A stretch of DNA of 64,000 bases, from contig CAVXTM010000018.1 of the NCBI GenBank assembly GCA_963764725.1, positions 128,001-192,000 of the forward strand, in the 5' to 3' direction. This DNA comes from an uncultured Gammaproteobacteria bacterium. Its GTDB lineage: Bacteria; Pseudomonadota; Gammaproteobacteria; JACCXJ01. How positions within the stretch are numbered: the stretch's first letter is position 1; each line of letters starts with the position of its first letter. The notes beneath the pieces are model-generated. The model saw nothing but the letters and a program-made list of their open reading frames with translations. It ran no database searches and was not told the origin of the DNA. The position numbers and the translations under genes were made by a program. Below, piece after piece: positions 38,313 through 48,477 of this stretch.

Positions 38313-39632
38313 ATGGATAAGCGCGAGTTTATGCGGCGGCGAAAACGCCTGATGGATATGATGAATTCAAGCGGCATGGCGATCATACCGGCCGCGCCGA
38401 TACGGCACCGCAATGCCGATGTGGAGTTTCCCTACCGGCCGGACAGTAACTTTTTTTACTTGACGGGGTTCGCCGAACCGCAAGCCGTCGCGGTCTTGGT
38501 TCCCGATCGGCCGCAAGGGGAGTTCCTGCTCTTTTGCCGCGAACACGATCCGGCCTTGGAAGTTTGGCACGGACGCCACGCCGGGCTCGAAGGGGCCTGC
38601 GCCGACTTCGGGGCCGACGATGCCTTCCCGATCGGCGATCTGGACGACATCGTGCCGGGACTCTTGGAAAATCGGGAGCGGGTGTTTTACACCATGGGTT
38701 TCGATCCCGAATTCGACCAGCGTCTCATGGGCTGGGTGAACCAGGTCCGGGGCCGCTATCGCACCGGCGTTACCGCGCCGCAAGAATTCATTACCCTGAG
38801 CCATTTGTTGCACGAGATGCGTCTCTTCAAGAGCCCGCAGGAGATTCGCGTCATGCGTAAAGCGGCCGCCTTGGCGGCGGCCGCGCATTGTCGGGCTATG
38901 GAGGTCTGCCGCCCAGGTCTCAAGGAATACCAGGTCGAGGCGGCCTTGCTGCACGCATTCATGGAGGGCGGGAGCCGGTCTCCGGCGTACCCGTGCATCG
39001 TGGGCGGCGGGGCGAACGGCTGCATCCTGCACTACACGGAGAATTCGGACACGTTGAATGACGGCGACCTCGTGCTCATCGACGCCGGCGCCGAATATCA
39101 AGGCTACGCGAGCGATATCACGCGGACGTTTCCGGTAAACGGCCGCTTTACGCCCAACCAGCGTGCCGTCTACGAGGCGGTATTGGCGGCGCAGCAGGCG
39201 GCGATTCAGAAAATCGTTCCCGGCAACCATTGGAATGATCCCCACGAAGCGGCGATCCGGACCTTGACCAGGAGCCTGGTCGATCTCGGGATCTTGAAGG
39301 GACAGTTGACGCGCCTCATCAAGGATGCGGCCTACAAGCCGTTTTTCATGCACCGGACCGGGCACTGGCTGGGGATGGACGTGCATGATGTCGGCGATTA
39401 CAAGGTCGGCAACCAATGGCGCATGTTGGAGCCCGGCATGGCGCTCACCGTCGAACCGGGTCTGTATCTCAAGGCGGGGACAAAAGGCTTGGCCAAACGC
39501 TGGTGGAACATCGGCATCCGCATCGAAGACGATGTCCTGGTGACGCCCGAGGGTCATGAAGTCCTGAGCGCGGCGGCGCCCAAGACGGTGGCGGGGATCG
39601 AATCCATCATGCTACATGCTCGCGCCGCCTGA
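38313..39632 (+). CDS. pepP: Xaa-Pro aminopeptidase
   Basis: DSNFFYLTGF, LHY, DAG..YASDITRT, HWLGMDVHD, EPGLY, GIRIEDD. Confidence 0.95.
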   Translation: MDKREFMRRRKRLMDMMNSSGMAIIPAAPIRHRNADVEFPYRPDSNFFYLTGFAEPQAVAVLVPDRPQGEFLLFCREHDPALEVWHGRHAGLEGACADFGADDAFPIGDLDDIVPGLLENRERVFYTMGFDPEFDQRLMGWVNQVRGRYRTGVTAPQEFITLSHLLHEMRLFKSPQEIRVMRKAAALAAAAHCRAMEVCRPGLKEYQVEAALLHAFMEGGSRSPAYPCIVGGGANGCILHYTENSDTLNDGDLVLIDAGAEYQGYASDITRTFPVNGRFTPNQRAVYEAVLAAQQAAIQKIVPGNHWNDPHEAAIRTLTRSLVDLGILKGQLTRLIKDAAYKPFFMHRTGHWLGMDVHDVGDYKVGNQWRMLEPGMALTVEPGLYLKAGTKGLAKRWWNIGIRIEDDVLVTPEGHEVLSAAAPKTVAGIESIMLHARAA

Positions 39633-40842
39633 CTACGATCTGTTCATCATCGGCGGCGGGATGGTGGGCGCGAGTCTCGCATGCGCGCTGGCCGGGCAAC
39701 CGTTGAAAATCGGCCTGGTAGAGGCGGCGCCCTGGAAGACCCACGAGCCACCGAGCTATGACGATCGCGGCCTGGCCCTGTCGGCCGTCTCGCAAAGGAT
39801 CCTCGCCGGGATCGGGATCTGGCCGCAAATACAGGCGCATGCCACGCCGATCGAGCGTATCCATGTCTCCGACCAGGGGCATTTCGGGTTTGCCCGGTTC
39901 GATGCTCGGATGCTCGGATATGCAGCCTTCGGCCACGTGGTGGCCGGGCGCCAGCTCGGACAAGCCCTGCTATCGAAACTGGCCGCCCAAGAAAACGTCG
40001 ATCTCATCTCGCCCGGCCGCATTGAGGCCTTGAAAACCCAAGCTCACCATATGCTGGCGAGGGTGGTTGCAGGTGGGGTCGAGTGCGGCTTAAGCACACG
40101 GCTCCTGGTCGCCGCCGACGGGGGTGACTCGAACACACGCACGCTCCTTGGGGTGCGCAGCCGCGAGTTTGACTACCGCCAGACCGCCGTGGTCGCGAAC
40201 GTGTCCTTGGCCGCACCGCATCACAATACCGCCTACGAACGCTTTGGCCCGTCCGGACCCGTCGCGCTCTTACCTCTCGGGGGGCAGCGTTCGGTCGCGG
40301 TGTGCGTGGCGGGCAGCGAGGAGGCGAGCGAGCTCCTGGTCATGGAGGACACCGAGTTTACGGAGCGCTTGAGTGCGCGCATGGGGCATCGCATTGGACC
40401 TTTGCTCAAGGTAGGCAGGCGACGCGCTTATCCGCTTAGGTTGGTTCGTGCGCTCGATCAGGCCGGACCCCGCTTCGCGGTCATCGGCAACGCCGCGCAT
40501 GCGATCCACCCGAACGCAGCGCAAGGCCTGAATCTCGGCTTGCGCGACGTGGCCACGCTCGCGGAATGCGTCATCGATGCCTGCCGCGCCGGCGAGGACC
40601 CGGGGGCTTACCCGATGCTGCGCCGTTACGCCGAGATGAGACGAGCCGACCAGCGCCGCGTCATCGCGCTGAGTCACGGCTTGGCGCGGCTCTTCGGTAA
40701 CGATCTCTGTCCGCTCGTCATCGCGCGCGACTTGGCGATGTGCGCCATCGACATGATCCCGGCCCTTAAACGCGCACTGGTGCGGCGGGCCATGGGTCTC
40801 CGTGGGCCGTTGCCGCGGCTCGGGCGGGGCATACCGCTGTGA
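39616..40842 (+). CDS. ubiH: 2-octaprenyl-6-methoxyphenol hydroxylase
   Basis: GGGMVG, IHVSDQGHFG, AYERF..GP, GNAAHAIHP..AQGLNLGLRD; follows pepP. Confidence 0.9.
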   Translation: MLAPPDYDLFIIGGGMVGASLACALAGQPLKIGLVEAAPWKTHEPPSYDDRGLALSAVSQRILAGIGIWPQIQAHATPIERIHVSDQGHFGFARFDARMLGYAAFGHVVAGRQLGQALLSKLAAQENVDLISPGRIEALKTQAHHMLARVVAGGVECGLSTRLLVAADGGDSNTRTLLGVRSREFDYRQTAVVANVSLAAPHHNTAYERFGPSGPVALLPLGGQRSVAVCVAGSEEASELLVMEDTEFTERLSARMGHRIGPLLKVGRRRAYPLRLVRALDQAGPRFAVIGNAAHAIHPNAAQGLNLGLRDVATLAECVIDACRAGEDPGAYPMLRRYAEMRRADQRRVIALSHGLARLFGNDLCPLVIARDLAMCAIDMIPALKRALVRRAMGLRGPLPRLGRGIPL

Positions 40843-40978
40843 GCGCAAGGCTAGGGGATCGCGAGGCGGACTTCGAGGTCGCCGTCATCGGCGGGGGTGT
40901 GGTCGGCGGAACCCTGGCGGCGATCCTGGGGGCGGCCGGATTAAGGGTCGCGCTCGTCGAGGCTAGCGAGACACCCTC
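40725..40978 (+). repeat. 254-bp direct repeat, left copy (ubiH 3' end + ubiI 5' end)
   Basis: Matches 45609-45862 with one mismatch seen. Confidence 0.95.
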
Positions 40979-40994
40979 CCTGGTAACCGCATAG
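40839..40994 (+). pseudogene. Truncated 5' copy of ubiI
   Basis: Same start as 45723; diverges after ...EASETP and stops at 40994. Confidence 0.85.
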
Positions 40995-41540
40995 CAACTC
41001 CTTTTGTTGTTGGAATGTTGAGTCAAAAAGAATAGCCGAAAGAGTGCCTATTTTTAAATCACTCCGACCCCTATCTGCTTTCAACAACAGTGCCATATCG
41101 CGGCGTCCTTAACCTAGTGCTATTGCACTCCGACCCCTATGTTCCCCTCGGGGAAGAAGCCTCGCGGCGAGCGGCAGAGCAGCGTTCCGCTCCCGAGACA
41201 CGACCGCAGCAGTCCGAGCGTCCGCCCGCCAACGACAATGCCGCGCAGCGGGAACATTCACAGCCTCGCGATCTCGATCGCGGGCGCGACCACTGCAGGT
41301 ATGAGCGGCGATGACCAGCCGCTATGTTCTGGCGGCTAAGCCGTCTCCTCGAAAAAACCCTCGGTGGACAATCACCGAGGGTTTAGGTCCTTGCGGTTGA
41401 TGACCGAAATGCCCGATCAAGAACACGCGTTTCGTGGAGGTAAGTACGTCACCACCTCACATGGGCAGTGACGGCCGTACGCTGCCCGTTCAATGAGCGT
41501 CTTATGCTTAGTTATCGAGACGCCCGTTGCATGTTACATG

Positions 41541-41882
41541 TTACAAGCCAAGTTGCACACACAAATCCCACAAGAATTTTGCTAGAAACGATGCTGCAAC
41601 GCGAAGAGAGAATTTGCCGACGAACGTCGAATCCAGGAAGTTGTTTATTATCCGTTCGTTTATGGACTCCGTTCGAATCTTACGGCAACGCTTATAAATT
41701 CCGAGAAGATTAATTGTTTCGGTCGTTTCTTCAATGCGAACGACGCGATTCAAGTTTCGATTTCCGTCACAAGCAGGACAGTTAGCATTTAATTTCCGCT
41801 TGGGGATCCGCCCCGATGCTTCGCTGCGCTTGCGACCAACTACAGAATAACGAGAAATTGATCTTGAAGTCGCGCCAGCCAT
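41541..41882 (-). CDS. Hypothetical protein in an AT-richer island segment
   Basis: 113-aa ORF with no recognised family. Confidence 0.3.
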   Translation of the reverse strand: MAGATSRSISRYSVVGRKRSEASGRIPKRKLNANCPACDGNRNLNRVVRIEETTETINLLGIYKRCRKIRTESINERIINNFLDSTFVGKFSLRVAASFLAKFLWDLCVQLGL

Positions 41883-42120
41883 ACGGTTAACTTACCCCGT
41901 ACACCTGGCGGCTCAAGTCACGAGCCTTTCCGACAGTGTGCATATATCTATATGCTCCTTGTTTCTGGAGGCGCTGGTGGCTCCAACCGAGCTTGGCCGA
42001 AAGTGGGGCATCGAACCTATCCCTCCCGTCCACGGGTTGGCTTACCCGCGTTCCTCCATATGCGTCGAGTTTCGGTGAGACGGTTGCATACCTGGGTCCC
42101 ATACGTGAAGGAAAGCGGCT

Positions 42121-42549
42121 ATGGCAGCTACAGACGAACAGTTAGAACAGAAACAGTTGGAGATCGAACAGACATTCGTCGAGGCAGGCGTCAAACGTCT
42201 TCGACGCAAGGAAAGAGCTTCGGCAAGGAGAAGAGGGCGTGTGGCCACAAAGCTTGGACGTGATCTCATCCGGCACTGTTTCATTCAGCTTGAACGTGCA
42301 ATCAAGAACAAGCAACGCAATGTGCTCCAAGCGCGGAAGCTCCCTCGTGCCGCCCTCCCCTTGATTTCACTTAAACCAGGGAAGCTTGCATTCGTTTGCC
42401 TGTACGTCGCAGTGAGCGCGATGAGGGAGAGGGAAGTCCAACAAGGGCGATGGCCACCGCTAGCCCAACTCGCACGTGACATCGGCTGGCTCTGTCAACG
42501 CGAGTACAAACTAACGAGGCTTTGCCTCAGACCGCCAAGATATATTTAG
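42121..42549 (+). pseudogene. N-terminal fragment of a T7/T3-like single-subunit RNA polymerase
   Basis: QLEIEQTFVEAGVKRLR / LKPGKLAFVCL / LAQLARDIG..QRE parallel T7 RNAP QLALEHESYEMGEARFR / IKPEAVAYITI / VQAVASAIG..EDE; cut near 42515. Confidence 0.55.
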
Positions 42550-42676
42550 GTAGCGTGTAAGTTTGGTTTGGGGTAAGAAGGCTCCGGTCGAGCCTGCAGG
42601 GGCATGCCCTGAATAATTAAAGTACGAGCTCGAAGCTCAATGGGTCCGATGGACCCGTGGACGACCGGAGCCTGCC

Positions 42677-43165
42677 ATGACACTACCACAAAGTGTGACC
42701 GAAGTTCTACGTGATCACGTGAGATTGGAGTGCGAGTCGATTGATCGGATGTACCTCAACGTCTACGTGCCGCAGTTACAGAGGGTCGGCGGGGTGGTGT
42801 GGTATCTGCGGGGGCATCTGGGCCAGAGGTTTGCCTCCACCGCGGCGGTGGCACCGAAGAGCGCGGCGTTTGTGGGGGCGATTGAGCAGTATGCCAAGCG
42901 CCACCGGATCGAGGTGGTAAGCTTCCAGAAAGGCCAACGCAAAGATGATATCACCCAGCAGTACCTGCACCGTTTTCGCCGAACCGAAGGTGTGCTGTAT
43001 ATCGGCAAGGCGCAGGAGAAGGCGCGGGTAATGCGTACCGCGCGGCGCCGATGCGCACGGAGCGGAATGACCTATCCGTGGATCGTAGAGTCCACGGCGA
43101 TGGTGAACCATTACTTTCGGTTGGCGTGGCAATCAGCTTTGCATTCGGTCATGCGTCGCGATTAG
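42677..43165 (+). mobile_element. Truncated putative transposase of an uncharacterised family
   Basis: ECESIDRMYLNVYVP, FQKGQRKDD, GVLYIGKAQEK, YPWIV..TAMVNHY; similarity appears to end near 43117. Confidence 0.65.
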
Positions 43166-43247
43166 TGCTCACTTGGCGCGCTTTGAGGCTACTCGCGGCC
43201 GGGCGGTGTCGAAGAATGAGCGAGTCTGCGGGTCAGCATGACAGCAA

Positions 43248-44294
43248 GTTCTCGATACAGATGTTCTGATTTCGCGGTTATGTACGGGCGAAGACGCACA
43301 TGAAGCTGTCCTTTCGATTGTAGAGCGATGGCGCCGACTAGGCGGTCGCATATTAATGGCGGCGCAGTTCTAGAAGAGGCAGCCTACCATGCCTGGATCG
43401 CCGAAAAGGACTACAAAGAGGTAAGTCATTGGATTCCGGGGACGGAGCAGGAGCGGCATCGATACATCGAGAATGCCTTCGTCCGAGCATTTGCAAACGG
43501 AACTTGCAAGTCATCGCGCTCGACCTGGTGACTGGCGGCATTTCATGAGGCAATTTCGGGGTCAGGGCGAGCACGACTATACAAACCTTGCCGCCATACT
43601 TCGCCAAGAGTGGTCAATGGAAGTATTAACCCAACCTAGCTCGTCTGAGCAAGCACTGGAAACTGAGGTTCGGGAGTATCTCCAACAGAATATTCACAAC
43701 AAGATTCGGGAACGCACGGAGCGCCAAATAGACACTCGATAAGGCAAAAAGAGATGCACGGCTCTATGCTTCGATGATTCGCCAGCTTTCGCTACTGCTC
43801 GCCAACGACCCCGAATCGAGCTGTTTTCTTGTTAGTTCTGCGCGCCGGCTCGCTCATGTGGAGAATCGATTTAAGAAGTTGGGCGAGCACAGATTGTCGT
43901 TCCGATCTCTGGCGTTCTCTATCTGTTGTCACTGGTGCCTGGGGTGTCGGTTGGACTTTCCGCAATGCAGACCATCCTGTTCGAGGAGCGCCAGATTCGA
44001 TTCACGGATAGTCTTGAGCGCATGTTGATACGCGTTGTCCGAGATACTCCGGAATACCAGCTCGGCTGGGCGCGGCGCACGAGCCTTGTTCGCGAGTTTC
44101 GAACAAGGCTTGTCGAGAACGCGCGTCGAGCGGCGCGCATGGACCGGATCGAAAGATCGCGCGTGTTGCAGCATCGCGAGTCGTGCAAGGTGAAGATGTC
44201 CAACGTACGGCTGAGCTGCTTAGGGAATCCCTGGAAGCGATTGTTGCCGACACGACGACCGAAGAGGAGAACCGAAAGCTCCGAGGCCGAGTAG
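43248..44294 (+). pseudogene. Frameshifted remnant of a PIN-like domain protein
   Basis: VLDTDVLISRLC...VLEEAAYHAWIA...ENAFVRAF across shifted frames. Confidence 0.45.
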
Positions 44295-44580
44295 CTGACC
44301 TCGAAAAGCAACTGGAGCTCATGAAGCGGAAATAAGGATGGTTGTGTCGTTCGGAGTCCGTTCGATGAGTTCGGGGTCAGAGTAAAATCTCGTTCATCCC
44401 GGGCTACTTTTCCGCCACCGTGGACCCGGTTTCCGGGGGAAACGAGTCTTGCAATGACTCATTGTCGAAGCCCGTTCCGGTGATTCTTCGACGCGTCAGC
44501 CGGCCATAGGCGGATGGGCATTGTTTCCCAGCGTCAGGCGAGAGCGTCAGGTCTTGCATTGACGCATTCGGCACTCCGCG

Positions 44581-45000
44581 TCATGAGTTCGCCACACGTT
44601 TACTGGCTTCGCGTGGTGTCACGATTTGTGTCTTCAGAAACTGTTTGAGGTTCAGCAGGTCGGGATCGCCCGAGACGATAAAGTCGGCGCTGGCCGCCAG
44701 CGCACAGGCCAGCACATGATCGTCATCCGGATCAGGGGATGTGGGTGAAATCTCCGCCGGAGTCACGATCGTCGTCAGTTCCGCATAACCCAGCACCAGC
44801 TCATCGATCGACAACGTTGAGGTTGCGACTGCGCGCGCGAACTTCTTGCGCGCCAGGATGCGAGCCAGTTCCGCCAGCAACGTCTTGCTGGTGAACAGTT
44901 CCACTTCACCGGCCTGCGCCGCCTCGATCAGTAGCGCCGGTGGCGCGCCCACCCACAACAGTCCCGAGGCGACCACATTGGTATCGAGCACCAGCCGCAC
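44581..45000 (-). CDS. PIN-family toxin
   Basis: LVLDTNVVASGLL, DPDDDHVLACA, IVSGDPDLL. Confidence 0.9.
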   Translation of the reverse strand: MRLVLDTNVVASGLLWVGAPPALLIEAAQAGEVELFTSKTLLAELARILARKKFARAVATSTLSIDELVLGYAELTTIVTPAEISPTSPDPDDDHVLACALAASADFIVSGDPDLLNLKQFLKTQIVTPREASKRVANS

Positions 45001-45021
45001 GATGTGCTTGCGGTTCGTCGC

Positions 45022-45267
45022 TCAGCTGCCGGCCGCGCGCCGCTCTGCGCGATCGGCCTTGATCTCGGCGTTGATCTCTTCCATCGTCAGCGGTGGCACG
45101 CCCGCCGCTGCGATCTTCTTGCGTGCCCCGGTGAGCCGCTCGATACGGCGCGCCCGCACCGCCTCACGCAGCATCGCCTGCAACGCATTCGGCTCCAGCA
45201 GCCCCATGCGTGCCACTTCCTGCGCCAGCGCATCGGGCAGATCGAGTTTGACTTCCACCGTCGTCAT
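45022..45267 (-). CDS. Cognate antitoxin
   Basis: 81 aa directly upstream of the toxin; LDLPDALA..., LTMEEINAEIKADR. Confidence 0.8.
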   Translation of the reverse strand: MTTVEVKLDLPDALAQEVARMGLLEPNALQAMLREAVRARRIERLTGARKKIAAAGVPPLTMEEINAEIKADRAERRAAGS

Positions 45268-45608
45268 TCCGAATCTCCTACGCTCGCACGCGAATTAGAA
45301 TTTTAAAGGCCCTTTTTTCTCGGGAGCGAAGATACGACTGAACCTGTCAGGTGTCAAACACTGCCAGGAATCGTCGGTGTCCAGAAACTCGCCAGATCCT
45401 CATTGCTACGCGAAATGCGATCGACCTCGCCAAGACCCGCACCCGGAGGGCGCGAATGGCCCCGCTACAGAACTGAAATCTATCGGTATACTGTCGCCAA
45501 TCAAATCGTTTGAAATGTGGCGTTGGATTACTTCTCTTGCGACGATGAGCGTGGTCCGGCCCTGGAGCCCCAGCATATGGTAGCGCGGGTGGTCGCGGGT
45601 GGGGTCGA

Positions 45609-45862
45609 GCGCGATTTGGCGATGTGCGCCATCGACATGATCCCGGCCCTTAAACGCGCACTGGTGCGGCGGGCCATGGGTCTCCGTGGGCCGTTGCCGC
45701 GGCTCGGGCGGGGCATACCGCTGTGAGCGCAAGGCTAGGGGATCGCGAGGCGGACTTCGAGGTCGCCGTCATCGGCGGGGGTGTGGTCGGCGGAACCCTG
45801 GCGGCGATCCTGGGGGCGGCCGGATTAAGGGTCGCGCTCGTCGAGGCTAGCGAGACACCCTC
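45609..45862 (+). repeat. 254-bp direct repeat, right copy
   Basis: Matches 40725-40978. Confidence 0.95.
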
Positions 45863-46967
45863 GGTGATATCCGCTGATCACAATATCGATGCGCGCGTGC
45901 TGGCTTTGACCCGCGCGTCGGAGCAGGTGCTCCGCGCCGTAGGCGCCTGGCAGCATATCATTGCCGAACCGCCCGGCGTGTTTCGCGCGATGCAGGTCTG
46001 GGACGCGGGTGGGGAGGGGCGCATTTATTTCGATAGCGCCGAGGTGGGCGAGCCTCTGCTCGGGCACATTGTTCGCAGCCAGGCGATCGAGGCCGCTCTG
46101 GATAGGGTGTTGCAGCATCTACCCCTGGTAAGCACTTACCGCGGCAGCGGTTTACAGAAGTTCGTGAGAGGCCGGGATAATCTCCAAATCGTGCTCGCGG
46201 ACGGATCGCAGTTGCGCCCAAAGTTATTGGTCGGGGCCGATGGCGGGGAGTCGACCGTGAGGACCTTGGCGGGGATCGCTCAAAGAGTGCATGATTACCG
46301 GCAGACGGCGCTCGTGTGTACGGCCATGACCGAGCAGCCGCATGGCGACACGGCGCGGCAACGCTTTCTAGCGGGTGGCCCGCTGGCGTTCCTGCCCTTG
46401 GCCAACCCAAATCGCTGCGCCATCGTCTGGTCGTTACCGCACGCCGAAGCGCAGAGGCTCATCGGCATGAGTGACGCCGAGTTCCGCCGCGCGCTCGAAG
46501 GCGGAATCGGCGTAGCGCTCGGAACCGTGACGGACAGCGGGCCGCGGCGCGCCTTTCCGCTCAGCCGCGCCCATGCCGAGCGCTACGTCGAGCCCCGTTT
46601 GGCCTTGATCGGCGATGCGGCGCACCGTATTCATCCGCTCGCAGGTCTGGGGGCCAATCTCGGCTTAATGGACGCCGCGACCCTGGCGGAGGTCGTGCTC
46701 GATGCCAAGGCCGCACGCCAGGATATCGGAGCGCTGCGCGTGCTCAGGCGTTACGAGCGCTGGCGCAAGGGCGAGAATCTCGCCATGATGTGGCTGATGG
46801 AGGGTTTCAACGAATTGTTCGGCTCGGACGCATTACCGCTGCGGATCCTGCGCAATGCGGGGCTCACGCTCACCAATGCCGCGGGGCCGGTGAAACGGCG
46901 GATCATGCGCCGGGCGATGGGCATCGAGGGTGATTTACCGCGGCTCGCCCTGACGGGGCACTGGTGA
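45723..46967 (+). CDS. ubiI: UbiI/VisC-family FAD-dependent hydroxylase
   Basis: GGGVVG, MQVWD, ARQRF..GPLAFLPL, GDAAHRIHPLAGLGANLG, LRRYERWRKGEN. Confidence 0.85.
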   Translation: MSARLGDREADFEVAVIGGGVVGGTLAAILGAAGLRVALVEASETPSVISADHNIDARVLALTRASEQVLRAVGAWQHIIAEPPGVFRAMQVWDAGGEGRIYFDSAEVGEPLLGHIVRSQAIEAALDRVLQHLPLVSTYRGSGLQKFVRGRDNLQIVLADGSQLRPKLLVGADGGESTVRTLAGIAQRVHDYRQTALVCTAMTEQPHGDTARQRFLAGGPLAFLPLANPNRCAIVWSLPHAEAQRLIGMSDAEFRRALEGGIGVALGTVTDSGPRRAFPLSRAHAERYVEPRLALIGDAAHRIHPLAGLGANLGLMDAATLAEVVLDAKAARQDIGALRVLRRYERWRKGENLAMMWLMEGFNELFGSDALPLRILRNAGLTLTNAAGPVKRRIMRRAMGIEGDLPRLALTGHW

Positions 46968-47360
46968 CGTGCGCCACGGAGGATGGTGGATCAGCTGCAC
47001 CAGGTTACCGTCCGGGTCCTCGCAATAGAAACTCCGCGCCCCGTCGCGATGCGTGCGTGGCGGGTGTTTGATGGGCACGCCCTGGGTCTGCAAATGCTGG
47101 TGCCAGGCATCGACAGCTTCCGGCGCGTCGAGAAGGAACCCGATATGGTCGAGGCGTTGGGGTCCGGCGGGGAGGTGGCCTGCGGCGGCACGATGCAAGG
47201 CCAGGTTGTCGTTCCCCGAGGAGAGATAGACGTTATCCTCATCGGGACGCCATTCGACGGACATGCCGAGCGACGCGGTGTAAAAGGACTCGCAGGCCTC
47301 GAGCTTGATGACATTGAGGGCCACATGATGGAGACCCTTGATGGGCGCAGGTGTTTTCAT
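46935..47360 (-). CDS. VOC/glyoxalase family protein
   Basis: GLHHVAL, LDHIGF, HRDGARSFYCEDPDGN. Confidence 0.88.
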   Translation of the reverse strand: MKTPAPIKGLHHVALNVIKLEACESFYTASLGMSVEWRPDEDNVYLSSGNDNLALHRAAAGHLPAGPQRLDHIGFLLDAPEAVDAWHQHLQTQGVPIKHPPRTHRDGARSFYCEDPDGNLVQLIHHPPWRTSPVPRQGEPR

Positions 47361-47480
47361 GTTATTCGATGACTTTTAAAAGCCGCATCAGTATAGCGAA
47401 ACCTTGTCACTGTCCGTGAACGACACCTTACGAGTAACCCGCACAGCGAATCGCGGACTAAGTTTAATAAGGGGGCGCGC

Positions 47481-48389
47481 ATGAACAATCAAGTACCGGA
47501 GACACTGTATGAAACCAATCTCGAAACCTTGCCGCTCATCGGGCGCGGCAAGGTTCGGGATATTTACGCGGTGGGCGACGCGCATCTCTTGATCGTGACC
47601 ACGGACCGCATATCGGCCTTCGATGTCGTGCTGCCCGATCCCATCCCTGGGAAGGGCGCGGTGCTGACGGCGCTCTCGCACTTCTGGTTTAACCGCTCGC
47701 GGCAAATCGTCAGCAACCACATTGCGTCCTTATCATTGGCGGAGGCCTTGACCGACCCGACCGAACGGCGCGCGCTCGAGGGCCGTGCGCTCGTGGTCCG
47801 GCGGCTGAAGCCCTTGCCGGTCGAGGCCATCGTGAGAGGCTACCTCATCGGTTCGGGATGGACGGATTATCAAAAGACCGGCGCCCTCTGCGGAATCGCC
47901 TTACCGCCCGGGTTGCGGCAGGCCGAGCGCTTGCCCGAGCCGATCTTCACCCCCTCGACCAAGGCAGAGCTGGGCCGGCACGATGAGAACATCAGCTTCG
48001 ACAGGACCGCGGATCTCATCGGGCGGGAGCTTGCCGAGCGCGTGCGCGAGATTTCCATCCGGCTTTACACCCACGCCGCCGACTACGCGCGCGGATGCGG
48101 CATCATCATCGCCGATACCAAATTCGAGTTCGGACTCGACGCGGAGGGGGATCTGGTTCTCATCGATGAGGCGCTGACGCCTGATTCCTCGCGCTTTTGG
48201 CCGGCCGATTCCTACGCGGTGGGCCAGAGCCCGCCGAGCTTCGACAAACAGTTTGTGCGCGATTACCTCGAGACGCTGGCCTGGGACAAGAAACCGCCCG
48301 CGCCGCGGTTGCCTCGGGAGATCATCGAAAAGACCGCAGCCAAATACCGCGAGGCGCAGTCGCGCCTAATCGACGGGGGAAACGCATGA
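47481..48389 (+). CDS. purC: SAICAR synthase
   Basis: [53 protein letters not shown]. Confidence 0.96.
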   Translation: MNNQVPETLYETNLETLPLIGRGKVRDIYAVGDAHLLIVTTDRISAFDVVLPDPIPGKGAVLTALSHFWFNRSRQIVSNHIASLSLAEALTDPTERRALEGRALVVRRLKPLPVEAIVRGYLIGSGWTDYQKTGALCGIALPPGLRQAERLPEPIFTPSTKAELGRHDENISFDRTADLIGRELAERVREISIRLYTHAADYARGCGIIIADTKFEFGLDAEGDLVLIDEALTPDSSRFWPADSYAVGQSPPSFDKQFVRDYLETLAWDKKPPAPRLPREIIEKTAAKYREAQSRLIDGGNA

Positions 48390-48477
48390 GCGAGCGCGTA
48401 GCCGAGGCTTTGTGAGCTTTTCTCCGCAAGGGTCGGGGACGTGGCTGCCAGTCGCGCAACCCTAACTCGGAGAAACC

